A DNA stretch of 63,995 nucleotides, counting the filler, from Catajapyx aquilonaris (taxonomy: Eukaryota), in the NCBI GenBank assembly GCA_000934665.2. It is 3 parts of 3 records of this genome, joined end to end, with 100 filler letters (N's around TTAATTAATTAA, not from the genome) between each part and the next. Parts side by side here need not be neighbours in the genome. Positions count along the whole stretch, not along the records: positions 1 to 21,698 come from KZ539456.1; 2 more parts are not named here. One strand, 5' to 3'. Positions 1-12,052 of the stretch are shown here, piece after piece. The translations under genes were made by a program, and so were the position numbers. The number at the start of each line of letters is the position of its first letter. Positions within the stretch are counted from its first letter, which is position 1. Below the pieces are notes generated by a model. The model had not been told where the DNA came from. It saw only the letters and a program-made list of their open reading frames with translations, and did no database searches.

Positions 1-329
1 AGGTCATCTCTGTATGTGTTACCTTTTTTGAATAAAAAAATATGTGCAATGACTTATGGAACAACACACATACAATCATTATTTTATTGCATCACCCACT
101 CTATCATATTGTGTCATACCCCTGTATACATCCTCTCCATGTCATGAATAAGGAGCAGTCTAAAAAATGTGCAATCTTAGGACACCTACAGCAGCAGTCT
201 CTAACCAATGTTCTGTGGTTTCGAAGGTTTCTGGAAAAATCATAATTAGGGTAATGGCCAATTCATTAGCCTTGTAGAGCAAAGTACCATGCTGCAGTGT
301 TACTGTTTTTAAAAAGTGGTGCAGGGTTT

Positions 330-760
330 TATTGCATGGGTTCTGGCCAAGTTCACAAAGATAAAATGTTTCTTCAAGAAGAAGTTGAAGATCGTTGCTA
401 TATACAAAGGGAAATTGTTATCATTTGTTACTGACTGCAATGCAGAGGTCTTTCTGTGAATATGTTGCTTCTTGCAAGAGGTTCAGAGCATAGGTGGCTA
501 CCCTTCTCAACAATGATGTTACCAAGTTATTTATGCAATACTAGTTCGACCAGTTGCCAAATTTCGGCAACACTGTCTTCCCCACCCCAGAGCAGGATGC
601 AGAACCATGCCTGTTGGCACATGGCAACGATTATGCAGGCCTTACTCAAAGACTGGAAAAGTTCAAGTGGTGCATCTTTGAGTACCCAGACTATGATCCA
701 GACATTACTCTGAGTGACCATGACTTGTTTTGCCACCGCCAGTTAATTTTTGTCAGATGT
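330..760 (+). mobile_element. Decayed mariner transposase fragment
   Basis: ORF 554-784 contains LEKFKWCIFEYPDYDPDITLSDHDLF, matching the mariner motif L..FGWE...HPPYSPDLAPSDYHLF. Boundaries are approximate. Confidence 0.7.
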
Positions 761-1275
761 AGGATTGGCAGCAAGAGTGCCTGACATCAGCTTACAAAAT
801 CAAGGACCAAGAGTCAAAAAATGCTTCCACATGTTCATGTGCAGTAGTAGCTAAAGGTATGTGCTATCATTTGACTATATTAATTTAAAGAAAAATTCTT
901 TTAAAGGATTTTAACACCAAATGATACCTTTGAGTCACTGTAATAAAAAAATTATTACCCCTTTCAAGATGTGCTGGTACACGCCTACACGGTATTAGTA
1001 TCAATGAACTGTGAAAGTACCACAAACTTGTCCCATTCACTTAAAGTACACTCAAACAGACACAACATGCAAAATAATAATTGCACTTACAGGTGCCGTT
1101 ATAACTGGCTTTGCTCGGAAGAACACAGAGAGGCAGAGTGTTGGAATGTACTCAAACAGGAATATTATGATTGCAAAGCTCATGTAGCTGTAGTTTTGGT
1201 CACAGAGGAACTCCAGCTGGAAAGTACACAACTGATTAAGTTAATTTCACAGGGCTTGCAATTAATTTTTGTTAC

Positions 1276-1398
1276 CTGATCAGTATCATACACCCAATAA
1301 AAGCAGGGTATAAGAGCCAGCACGTTGTAGGTGTAGCGGCAAGCATAGATTAGGACAACTATGAATCCTATGGCAATTGCACTGCACAAAGTTAAGCC
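1276..1398 (-). CDS. GPR137: GPR137-like integral membrane protein, coding exon 3 (gene continues left of the window)
   Basis: tacAG|GGC...CAG|GTaac, 123 nt, phase 0/0. GLTLCSAIAIGFIVVLIYACRYTYNVLALIPCFYWVYDTDQ resembles GPR137B VCQ..AIG..VILLY.SRACYN...WYNVSDQ. Confidence 0.85.
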
Positions 1399-1663
1399 CT
1401 GTAATAGAGTAGGTGCTTAGTACATCAATGTCAAAAGTTGAAATGGTACATAATGATTGTAGAAACAGGAAGAGGATTTCTATTTTCAAAGTAGCCTAGA
1501 GCAAGGATATGTTTAAGAGCTTGACAAGTGTGCTGTGCATTATTTTCAGCATCTACTGGTTTAACATCATATATGTCATTTGACTTCAAAATTGTGCGAT
1601 AAGGATTCAATATTTTAAGAAATCATGAATGTATGTAAACATGTACGACTGTAATGGTTAAGC

Positions 1664-1897
1664 CAGCGGTTCTCAACCTATGCCACATCGGGCCCCATGG
1701 AAAGTAATTCCCCCCCCCCCCNNNNNNNNNNNNNNNNNNNNNNNNNNNNNNNNNNNNNNNNNNNNNNNNNNNNNNNNNNNNNNNNNNNNNNNNNNNNNNN
1801 NNNNNNNNNNNNNNNNNNNNNNNNNNNNNNNCCCCCCCCCCCCGCCACCCCTTTGTGCTCACCCAGGGGGTTGCACCCCACTGGTTGAGAACCACTG
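1664..1897. mobile_element. hAT-type MITE (contains a 110-N gap inside a poly-C run)
   Basis: TIRs CAGCGGTTCTCAACC / GGTTGAGAACCACTG; near-perfect 8-bp TSD GGTTAAGC (1656-1663) / GGTTAAGG (1898-1905). Confidence 0.8.
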
Positions 1898-1946
1898 GGT
1901 TAAGGGTATATAATTTGATGTCACAATAATATTGTGAACCAATTAC

Positions 1947-2202
1947 CTCTGTTTCAAGTATGAGCCTAGCACTGTGGGTGCGCCTGGAGATCTTGATAAT
2001 GCAATAACAAAGGGCAATGGCCATGCCCAAAAATAACGTTCCAGTGATGCCAACTCGAGCAGCCACTGCTGTTGGGAGGTTTTGGGGGAGGCCATCACAT
2101 GGAGAGGTGTGAGCTGCACCCTTCACATGATGAGCTGTCACCACAGTAGTCACCACGAATATGATGGCACACCCAACACATGCATATTTGCGGGCAACCT
2201 TC
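1947..2202 (-). CDS. GPR137: GPR137-like, coding exon 2
   Basis: tttAG|G AAG GTT ... ACA GAG|GTaatt, phase 2/0, compatible with both neighbours. Encodes KVARKYACVGCAIIFVV...ARVGITGTLFLGMAIALCYCIIKISRRTHSARLILETE. Confidence 0.85.
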
Positions 2203-2546
2203 CTAAAGAGTTGAGAGAGAGAATTTATTCATAACAGCAATCACAATTTGTCAGAGTTTGGTCCAATGATATGATGGTGTTTCAAGGCTTAAACAAAACT
2301 GTTATGGGCCCTAGGATGACTTAGAAATGTTTTAGAAGTGAATCACCACCACTGTTGAACTCATCATCACCTTTTCTGCATTAGGTTGTAATGAATCAAA
2401 AGTTTAAGGAAGTGGTCAAATGTAATCTCCTTGTTCAAGTAAGTCAAGGAGTCACCTTACCAGCCCACTATGCAGAAGTGACTGACCACACTGAATTAGG
2501 TGTGGTCAGTACTTCACCCAGGGGTAAGAACCCTGAGGCCCATATA

Positions 2547-3344
2547 CAGGGTGAAGGAAACTCGCGAACAATCGCCAGGTAGACTTTATAGTACTTGTAA
2601 AATTAATGTAGGGATGTGCAATTCGTTTTGGGCACAGATGTGCAGTTAATGAGTACAGTGCCTTTAAAGTGTTGAGGGCCTGATGGTAAAATATGAGGTA
2701 AAAAATTACATTAGGTTGTGTCGGGGACACAAGCCGCAGCATTTGCGGGCTCAACCCACATTATGTTTCACTTTTCTCGACTATAATGGCGGGGGCATAC
2801 AGGCGTGAATACGTCTTTAAAATCGGATCTGGGGGCATGCAGGCAAAGTCGAGGGTTACAGAAAAGCATCGGTTATAGCAGACTCGGTTATAATAGACTG
2901 TAACGCTTTTCTGTAACGCTAGAGAGTTTGCCTACATGCCCCCGCCATGGGCCCCCCGGCAGGGCCCCCTGGCAGGGCCCTGGTGCAATGCTTTTCTGTA
3001 ACGCTCGAGTTTGCCTGCATGCCCCCTGATCCGATTTTTAAGACGTATCCACGTCAAAATGACAAGTGCATGGGTACCGCACCCGGCTTCTTACTTTGAC
3101 AGGATTTGATCACTTATTGCAAATTGATGATGTGTTACGGACCCAAGGCTGGATTGTTCGGAGGCCCTCAAGCTGGCTTTTGCTTCTTTGTAGCTGGCGG
3201 AACGGATGTGACGTCACGAAATTTTGACGGCACCGTACGCATTAACTATGCAACGGCGCCCAAAACTAATTGCATGTCCATATATTAGTTTCACGAATAC
3301 TGTCAGTCTACCTGGTGATTGTCCACGAGTTTCCCTTCACCCTG
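2547..3344. mobile_element. Tc1/mariner-type MITE family A, with a nested palindromic element at ~2805-3055
   Basis: TA|CAGGGTGAAGG(G)AAACTCG...CGAGTTTCCCTTCACCCTG|TA; homologous to copies at 4090-4487 and ~22000-22298. Confidence 0.8.
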
Positions 3345-3374
3345 TACGTAATAAAGTCAGAGTTGGCGTATATA

Positions 3375-3563
3375 CAGGGTGTTCCAGATTTGTGGATCAC
3401 TTTTTGATATCTGATATCACCTGATAGCAGTTATTTTTTGTAGCTTGTTGTGCCCCTAACCATGTGCTCCATTCTATAGCATGGGGCACAACAAGCTACA
3501 GAAATAACTGCTATTGGGCTACATCAGTTATCAAAAAGTGACCCACGGATCTGGAACACCCTG
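3375..3563. mobile_element. Palindromic TA-flanked MITE
   Basis: TA|CAGGGTGTTCCAGAT...ATCTGGAACACCCTG|TA with long internal inverted repeat. Confidence 0.8.
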
Positions 3564-3571
3564 TATATGTA

Positions 3572-3783
3572 CAGCCCTGGGCATAAAGTTGGAGACGGCA
3601 GGTCCTCCCCTCCGGCAGGGGGCTCTACCAGTCCCCGCCATTATGGTATCAAAAAATAAATAATAAATACACGAACACACACCTGAAGCAGCTAACTCGA
3701 TCCAAAAAGAGTCCATTAATTTGAGTCGGATAAAGAAAGGTCAGAGAAGGCCCGCAGCGTCTCCAACTTTATGATCGGGGCTG
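3572..3783. mobile_element. TA-flanked MITE (related copy at ~44935-45150)
   Basis: CAGCCC..GCATAAAGTTGGAGACG / CGTCTCCAACTTTATG..GGGCTG inverted termini; internal CCTGAAGCAGCTAACTCG is shared with the 45 kb copy. Confidence 0.75.
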
Positions 3784-4089
3784 TACATAATAGCAATTCA
3801 ACCCACCATTGTGGTGTCAAGTTGGATCTGGAGTCAACCCTGATTGGAGAGCCGAGTTTAGCCCTCCAGCCTTGGTCAAAAATGGATGGCAGCATTGAAT
3901 TGGAAAATGTTTTGGAGCTACCAGAGGAGGTTGATGCCACGTGACAATCCATGGTATGACCTCACAGAAATGGGTCTGAGGGACAGGGACACCCCACAAA
4001 GGTGTACGATGCCATTTCTTTCCATAAAAAGCAAGACATGGTTCAGGGGTCGAAGTCAAGTAACTTTGCCCGTGTTGTTTTTTATTATA

Positions 4090-4487
4090 CAGGGTGAAGG
4101 GAAACTCGCGCCCAATTGCCAGGTAGACTGATAGTACTTGCAAAACTAATATAGGGATGTGCAATTAGTTTTGAGCGCCGGTGCGTAGTTAATGCGCATG
4201 GCGCCTTTCAAGTGTAGAGGTCCAGGTGGTAAAATATTAGGTAAAAACGACAAAGTGCACGGGTGTCACACCCGATTCCTACTCTGATGGGATTTGATCG
4301 CCTATTGCACATGGACGATGCGATAGGGGACCAAGGCCCGATTAGTTGGAGGCCCTCGAGCTGGCTTTTACTTCTTTGAAATTGGCGGAGTGGATGTGAC
4401 GTCATGAAACTTTAAAGGCTAATTGCACATCCCTATATTAGTTTTGCTAGTATATTGGCAATTGTCCGCGAGTTTCCCTTCACCCTG
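4090..4487. mobile_element. Tc1/mariner-type MITE family A, 398 bp
   Basis: TA|CAGGGTGAAGGGAAACTCGCG ... CGCGAGTTTCCCTTCACCCTG|TA. Confidence 0.85.
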
Positions 4488-4635
4488 TATGTATGACTCC
4501 AACTCGATCCTGGAATTATTCCTGACTTGTTCTTGTCCTGGGGTTACTCAACCCCATGACTTGAGCAGCCATTACATATGCAGGCCTGAGCATTAGAGTG
4601 GCAAGAGTTCAGAAGTGGAGGATCGTTAAGCTCAC

Positions 4636-5114
4636 CTCCAGTCATGTCGGTTGTATTCACCTCTTGATTTGAACAGCACTTGGGTGAAGTAGCACACCAA
4701 GATGCACATAGAGAAGAATTGGAGGCACACTGGAAGTGCAAACAGCATCCAGTATACTGGAAGTGTTGCTGATCCAATAACTCCTGAGTCCCACTGTTGA
4801 CTCCCATTGTCATGATGATGCCACCGGTTGGCATCCCAGTACCATAGGAAAAGCAGCAGCCTCAAACCAGCCCAACTTAGGCAGCATAACAGGAGTGCAG
4901 TTCTGTAGCAGAACCGCTTATGTCCATACCACAGCACCAGCACAAGTTGAGCATACACATATATGAAGAGGATGGAGTACAAACCAGTTGATAAGGCAGT
5001 GGACACAAACAGAGACTCAGGAGAGGGATGTGGGACTTTTGGGAAAGCATCAGGGTGGAGGCAGGGGTTGGAGGATGAGTAAGGGCACTGCATTGTTGCA
5101 GACTTCTTGGTCAT
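4636..5114 (-). CDS. GPR137: GPR137-like (TM7SF1 family) lysosomal membrane protein, first coding exon
   Basis: GLYSILFIYVYAQLVLVLWYGHKRFCY..LLLCCLSWAGLRLLLF...YWMLFALPVCLQFFSMCILVCYFTQV matches the GPR137/GPR137B signature (FVYVQLWLVL.Y.HKRLSY...PVCLQFF). Acceptor cttcctcctccAG at 5126, ATG at 5114, donor AG|GTgag at 4635. Confidence 0.9.
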
Positions 5115-5324
5115 GTGACGGAACCCTGGAGGAGGAAGAAAAAAAGATGTTAGTTTCAAACCAATCCTTCAGCTTTGTTATATTCATTTGTGATCCTGAT
5201 TAAAATTCTAATGACATCCAAAAGTCAGGCCACTCCAAGACTGTTGTTGTAATGATCCCTACATAATCAATTGCTCTACTTCTATGGCATTGATGAAATT
5301 GTCTTTACTTGACTTTCTGAAATA

Positions 5325-5507
5325 GGATAGGGACAGAAGGAAGCGGCTGTGGCCTATTAATTATGGAAGCAACTCCGGAATTTTCCTGGAAGGACCGTGG
5401 GAAACCACAGAAAACCACGGTCAGAGTTGCCGGCCCCGGGATTCGATCCCAGGACCTCCTGATTAGCAGTCGAACACCATATCCCCTCCTCCAAACTGCT
5501 TCGGTCA
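5325..5507 (-). mobile_element. tRNA-derived SINE family B
   Basis: Minus strand has a B-box-like GGATCGAATCC head. The core GGAAGGAAGCGGCTGTGGCC...GGGAAACCACAGAAAA is shared with 26550-26838 and 51853-52032. Confidence 0.8.
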
Positions 5508-6469
5508 CAAAATGCTTTTAGTACAGTACCATATGTATTCCAAAAAATGTGACAAGGATCAACATCATGGAAATCTACCTGGGTTATTGCAGCGTGCCGG
5601 CCACCCTCTGGTTATACAGGCATGCCGATTTAAGTGAGGTAATCATCAATATTCAGATGTTCAAATACAGATATGCCCACCATGACTTATACACCAATGT
5701 ATACTGTACAGCTGATGATATTCTACTTCTTCACCTTAAACTGCTGGAAGTTATTAATAACTTTGGTTATAATAGTGAAAGTTTTAATAATATCAGCACA
5801 ACCGAATACAAATAATGTATTCTTTTGATGTCCACATGCTATCAGTTGTTAAAAGGTTAATTCATGAATTTCCTCACGTGTTTGTAGCTTCCTCTTGAGA
5901 TCTGTGCCGGGTAAGAGCTGCACATCCCATCAATATATATCCATACTAAAACCTCTAACCACATCATTCCCAGTTAGCCCTTCAATAGCCCCAGGAACTG
6001 ACTCATCATATATTAATCAGTGCCTTAAATTATCCCACATCATATGGGTAAAGTATTATCCAGCATAGATCCCCACTACATTGCACACAGATTCAACAGG
6101 TATACTGTATAACAACATCTTTTTCAAGGCCATGTTTTCATACAATCAGGTTGATTGCAAAAAGATAGCCTCAAGTACCTTGTTGCCCTGTAAATGAATG
6201 CATATCAGTATCACAATGTCAATGCTCCTACACATACATGTGTATACTGTACCATGCTGCAAGGATGTGTCAACGCCCTGACTTGGAGGGGGGGAATAAA
6301 TCCTCTTAACTAAACTTCACACTAGCATGTCCTGGAGCAGTGCCACTGACATGTCAGTGGCCTGTACTAACTAGTGACAGTATTTACCATCCACTTCCTG
6401 ACTTGAAGGGGCATGCCAACGCTTCAGAACCTCCTGACGCTAACCCTTGGTAAAGAGCACCTACACATC

Positions 6470-6790
6470 ACTGACGGGGCCGTGTGTACGAAGCACGCGA
6501 CTCGTCCTGTGACGTCACACAAAACGTAAACAAACTAATGAGGTTATCAATGGATGGTTATGTGGCGCTCAAGTTATTACTGTCGCTTGGTGTCGAAACG
6601 CCAATTTGGGTTAATGATCTAACCAGATCAAGCGTTGAGTGTACAGCTCGGTACAGCTGATTAGAGAGGAAGATTAATAAGGTGAGAGTTTCTTGGATGT
6701 GCTGCCACCTACTGTGTGAGGGAAAAGCGGGGAAAAGTTTTGTGAGTGGCGCCATTTTCAGGTGAACAGCTGAGAACGGCTGAGAAAGTA
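6470..6790. promoter_or_regulatory. Candidate promoter / 5' region of the GPR137-like gene
   Basis: Locally CpG-rich; palindromic CRE GTGACGTCAC (~6509-6518), forkhead-type GTAAACA (~6526), YY1-type AAAATGGCGCC on the minus strand (~6748-6758). The acceptor 5' of the ATG implies an upstream UTR exon. Confidence 0.4.
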
Positions 6791-6994
6791 CGTAATACTG
6801 TATGTACAGGCTTTTTAAAAGACCTTAGATTTATGTAAGATGTAAATGAGTTTGTTTGCTGTTATTTATTACTAACGTCTAAATGTGCTCAATGACAACG
6901 AGTACCGCTGCATTTGGGGAGGGTATAGCTTTGAAGGCCCTGTTGCTTGGAAGTGAGATGCTGTATGATGACCTCATAAGCACGAAATCATATA

Positions 6995-7593
6995 CATTAA
7001 AACCTGTCTATGTGGGACACTGACGGTACCATTTAAAATGTTCAAGATAGTGAGGTGTCCAACTTATTATGATTTCAATCTCTCGGGTTTCATAGTGCAG
7101 GACAATAATGTATTGCACAATTCAAAGTAAGTACTGTACAGTATTCTTCCAGTAATCAACTTCCAATGCATGCTAATGTATTTATTTATTTTTGGTACAG
7201 TCTACATACAATTCCTGGAACTGGCCTACTTTTTGGTTTAAAAAATTGGTAACAAGTAACTGTTCTAAATTTACCGCCCTCTCCTTAATTTCAATTATTG
7301 TCTCTCTGACAGCAAAAATTTGGTCAATAATCTTGCGCTGCTATAATGACTCAGGCATGCGTCACATTCAGCCCAATGATTCCATTTTTAAGGGAGAACA
7401 AAAATGCACATAGAGTAAATGTGAAAATTGTACTGTATGTAGTGTCCAACTTATGAGGGGAAAAAGTGTCCAACTTCCAAGATAGAGAGGTGTCCAACTT
7501 AGCAACATTGCAAGTGAGAGGCTTTTTGACGGTTCCAAAAATAATGTCCAACATAGGTAGGTGACCAACTTATTAACTTGACAGGTTTTATTG
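6995..7593. mobile_element. pogo/Tigger-like MITE
   Basis: TA|CATTAAAACCTGTC ... GACAGGTTTTATTG|TA with repeated subterminal GTGTCCAACTT motifs. Confidence 0.6.
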
Positions 7594-9632
7594 TAGGCTA
7601 CCAAGTGTCGGGAGGATTTTCTAATGTTTAGACTATTCTATTATGCGCCTAATTATCTGCAACAATATAAAGAGGCGAGAAAAATCCCATGCTAATTTTG
7701 TTTAGTCATTATAATTGATAATATAGAAAGTACTTTATGCATATTTTGTATATTATAATAATTTTGATGTGACTAAAAGCATGCAGTTAATACGCAGTGT
7801 GTTCCAGTTTATTTTGACTATTGTGCTCTGTTAGCTTACTCCACATTCTTCAAGCATCAATTGCCATAATTGTGCAATATGATGCGCTGCTTACGACAGA
7901 GAAATTTATATTTTAGAAATACACTCTACTCCCGATAATCCGGGTGCGGATTATCCATGCATCGCCAAAAAATAAAATTAAACATTTAAGTCCAAAAATT
8001 AAGCCGAATTTTCGTCACTGCTAGATACTGGCACTGCTAACATGGCAGTACCAGTGCCAACACTGGTAGGCCAGGCCTATGGTATATCAAAGTAAGCAGA
8101 AAGTTTTTTTATTGTTTTTGTATGTATTGTAAAACATATATGGAAAAAATTGAAAGAGCACACATTATTTTGAGAGCTTAGAGCCGGTTTTGGGGAGATT
8201 TTTGACTAGTTTCCAAGGTACCATATATATATAGTTATAGCTTATAGGTGATAGCGTTAAGTTATATTAAAAGCTTATCTATAACCTACCAGTATAATTA
8301 TATCATTCATCTTAAATAAACCTGTGATAGAGATTCTGTGAGATAGCCATGTGTTCCTTTTGGAATTATTAGTGCATCCTGCCTAACCACTTGTAACCAA
8401 GTGACAGTTCATTGCCATTGAAAAACAAAAAGTAATTTAAAAAACCATTGTCGGTAGGCTTATTTAAGGGAATTTGTTGTGATTTTTTGAAATCGAAAAA
8501 AATGTCGAAATTGGGAATTTCGAATGCGGATTTCTTCAATACCGGAATATATAGGATAAAGGCTAAGTTCTGCTTTTACCTCGTACATAATCAGGAACTA
8601 TTTCCAACTAAAATTGTGGCACTCCAAGGGGAAAACCCCATCCCGAAAGCGAAGGTGATTTGCTATGCAAAATAAATCACAAGGATGACTTTTGTGGTGT
8701 AGGCCTACCATGATATTAAGCCGAAGTTGTTCCTAATTATATTATATGAAAAAGTGAAACTCGGTTTTTAAATATCGTTCTCTGAGTGGTAAAAATTTAG
8801 GCCTGAAGTTTGAGAATTTAGAATTTTGTACATTTGAAATGGACACAGAAAGCATTAATAACTTGCCAGAATTTTAATTTTAATGACAATGGTTGATAAT
8901 GGCCATTTTTTTGTATCATGTTGTTCACTTGACCATTATCATCTCCTCGATGTTGATAGATTTTCAGATCCGAATAAGCTGTTTAGTGAGTAAAACTACG
9001 GCAGTTCAATATTGCAACTATACAGTATAGCGACGCGACGGACGGACAGAACGTGACGGACGGACGGACGTGAAAGGTGATGAATTTTTACTAGAAGGTG
9101 TCTCTCAGAGACCGGTGCCATTGTTTGAAATGAAGGTGACCAAGAGGGGAAATATTTAAAATATTTAATCTCGACATGGCCTGACCAGTCAGCAGACGAT
9201 TCATTCTACTGGTTATGTTAGATGGGTAGGTGTGACCCGGTCATCGCTGGCAACTCCGTCATGGGATAATGCCGTGCAGGAAGGAATTAATGGATGAATA
9301 TTGTTCACTTAAACTTTATATTTGATAATATCAATGATGGCTGAATAATGTGGCAACACTTCAAATGGAGTATTTCAATGCGGAATTATGCATACGCACT
9401 TTTATTACTATTGTATTATTGTTAGTGAACAATGTAGGGATCAAAAAATTGGCCGTCATCTACCATTGTCAGAAAATTTAATGTTAACATTTTGCCACGT
9501 TACTAACACCTCCTGGGTAGCTGCATTTACTGCAAATACGAAAAAATTGCAAATTCACAACTTGCAGGCCTATAGAATTTCGCCAATCAGAGAACAGATA
9601 TTTAAAAGCTGAGTTTCGATTTTTATCTAATA

Positions 9633-9815
9633 CAGGGTGACTCTAAAGTCAGGATACATAGGTAATTGGAATGTATTGTTGGTTTCCAGTTGTGCCAACT
9701 AGCAAATTGTTGTCATTCAGTAAAGGATGAGTTAGCACAGTTGGCAATTAGAGTTGGCACAGCTGAAAACCAACAATACAATCCCATTACCTGTCCTGAC
9801 TTTAGAGTCACCCTG
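9633..9815. mobile_element. Palindromic TA-flanked MITE
   Basis: TA|CAGGGTGACTCTAAAGTCAGGA ... TCCTGACTTTAGAGTCACCCTG|TA. Confidence 0.85.
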
Positions 9816-11526
9816 TATAATTAGGAACAACGTCCAACAAAAATGATCGTGGTACATCGCAAAAGATCCACCATGGAAGGGATTCTTTCAGCTTGTGTCA
9901 GGTGTAGGCTATAACAAAATCAATTCGGTACCATACTGAAGTTTCTTTTGCAGAACATAGCGATTGTACTATAACTATACTATCCATGGTTCACTGTAAT
10001 AAATTCAAGCGATTAAATTTTCATGCTAGAATTTATTGCAATGAAATATCTACATATTTGCATTATCGTACGACCACGCCGACTACATATACTGTGCAGA
10101 TTTTAAAGGCAATAATTTAGAGAGGGGAAAAAACCAAATCAGGTCTCTTAATGTTATCTATTGTGCACGAATGAGATTTATGAATTTGGGAAATGTCTGA
10201 GGTAATATGCCAAATCAATGAAATAGGCCTAAAACTTTTTCTCTCAAGAAGAGGGCCAGTACATTGCGGCCAACTTCATGAAAAAAATCGTTGTTTGGAA
10301 AATAATATATTTTTGTGCTATGTCACCCCAGTAGACTGCTTTGTAAGCTATTACGCTGACGAGTAATCTTTGGTACTCGCATGGTACGATTACGAGAGCA
10401 ACAGAATGGCACATTAGTAATGAAATAAGTGACTACGATTGTGGCGGAATATATTAATGTCATATGACGGCCGTTGCCCGCATCCATCCATACATCAAGT
10501 GCACATAACCTGTAGTATACGAAAAGCGCGTTCAATTCAATCAGCATCCCATTCCAGCCTGACTGTACTGAACCTACTGTATAACCCACCTCCCAAATTA
10601 TCCCTTTGTGGGAGGGTGGGCAAAGAAGGGCTGGAGCATGGCTGGTATCATACAACAAGAGTAATTCCACAGTGTATTTGAAGGGAAAGGTGACTCGTAT
10701 TTAGAAAATAATTATGTCAATCGTATACTTCCTGCGGTGCTGACAGCTCAGTCGTCAGTTAACTGCTGACATGTAATGATTAGACTACTGATTACTCAAG
10801 AATTTTATTTTGGACTTATTGTAATATTTATTTTAAATTTTTGGTCTTGCAAGGTGACAGTGTACATATGGATAATTTATATTAATGTATTTTTTTTTTG
10901 CGGACTTTCGACACTCGACTTGAGGCGATCGCAGAGGTCGGGGGTGGGGGGGGCGGGGGGATTGTAGAGACGGTGGCCATTAACTTGGAGATGGGGGAAA
11001 ATGTTCGCGGTCAAGGAAAGGCTATGGATGGAGTGCAATATTATTGGTGTGGCAGAGGTTGTGAGGAGGGAGGCAGCGCGGTGTTGTAAAAAGTAAAATA
11101 TCCTCTCTCTCCCCTCCCCCCCCCCCAAGATCGACCCCCCACTATGAAAATGTTTTAGGTACGCGCCTGTGTTTATGACAGAAAGAAGGCACAGCGTGTG
11201 AAACACCTTGAATTATGATGACCCCTTTCATTTCCCTCCAGTATAGTATAGTTTTATTGCATAATTCACGTGAAAATCCCGACATCAGCGCTGGCTTGGT
11301 GTGTGGGTTACATCAGATATGAATTTATTAATTATATAAATTGGTAATGTTTTATTTAAAAAAAAACTCGATCGGTGTCTTTTTTCGCAAGCTGCCTCTT
11401 GAAATTAGCTACTCCTATTTTTTTTAAATGGTCTCGGAATGGCAGAATAATACAATCTTCAAGTGGCTGGATTTTTAGAACTGAAGAAATAGCTATTTTT
11501 TCGGCTGAACTTGGGGCCATTCTGAG

Positions 11527-11531
<5 letters not shown>

Positions 11532-11587
<56 letters not shown>
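11532..11587. repeat. (AAT)n microsatellite
   Basis: Directly visible trinucleotide run. Confidence 0.95.
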
Positions 11588-11682
11588 CTGGGGTAATGTG
11601 CTTTCGCCCTCACATGGGGGCATATCGCACGGACCTTTATTTATTGAGGTAAATTACATTTGGTGCAATGGTGCCTATTCAT

Positions 11683-12052
11683 TTGAAACGCCCGGGCCCA
11701 CGGGCAGGATGACAGGAGGGGATGTGCAAGGTGCAGTGCAATGTCTTATGGCCGGTTTCACCAAGCCCGGTTTTCATAAAACCCCCGTTTCTTTCGGAAA
11801 ATCCCTGCAAATAGAATAGGGATTTTCCGAAATAACCGGGGTTTTTATGAAAACCGGGCTTGGTGAAACCGGCCATTAATGTGGCCATTTTTAGTGAACT
11901 CCCCTGGGTGGTTTAGTCTGTTGGAAATGCCACCCGAGACGAAGCCAGAGGTGACCCTGAACTCTGCACGAGATGAAGGGGGTGTCCCCTGTTTGGGATC
12001 GAACCCGGGACCTTAACATCCGTGGGCGCGTACGTTACAGCAGCACCACTTC
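11683..12052 (-). mobile_element. tRNA-derived SINE family C, interrupted by a MITE
   Basis: Homologous to the uninterrupted copy at 47630-47862; A-box-like GTGGTGCTGCTGTAA and B-box GGTTCGATCCC on the minus strand. Confidence 0.85.
11749..11875. mobile_element. PIF/Harbinger-type palindromic MITE, 127 bp
   Basis: TIR TGGCCGGTTTCACCAAGCCCGGTTTTCATAAAA and its reverse complement. TTA TSD at 11746-48 and 11876-78; the empty site TGTCTTAATGTGG is seen in the 47.8 kb SINE copy. Confidence 0.85.

Noticed and set aside
11356..11613. Poly-Ile ORF
   Set aside because: It is the translation of the (AAT)n microsatellite.
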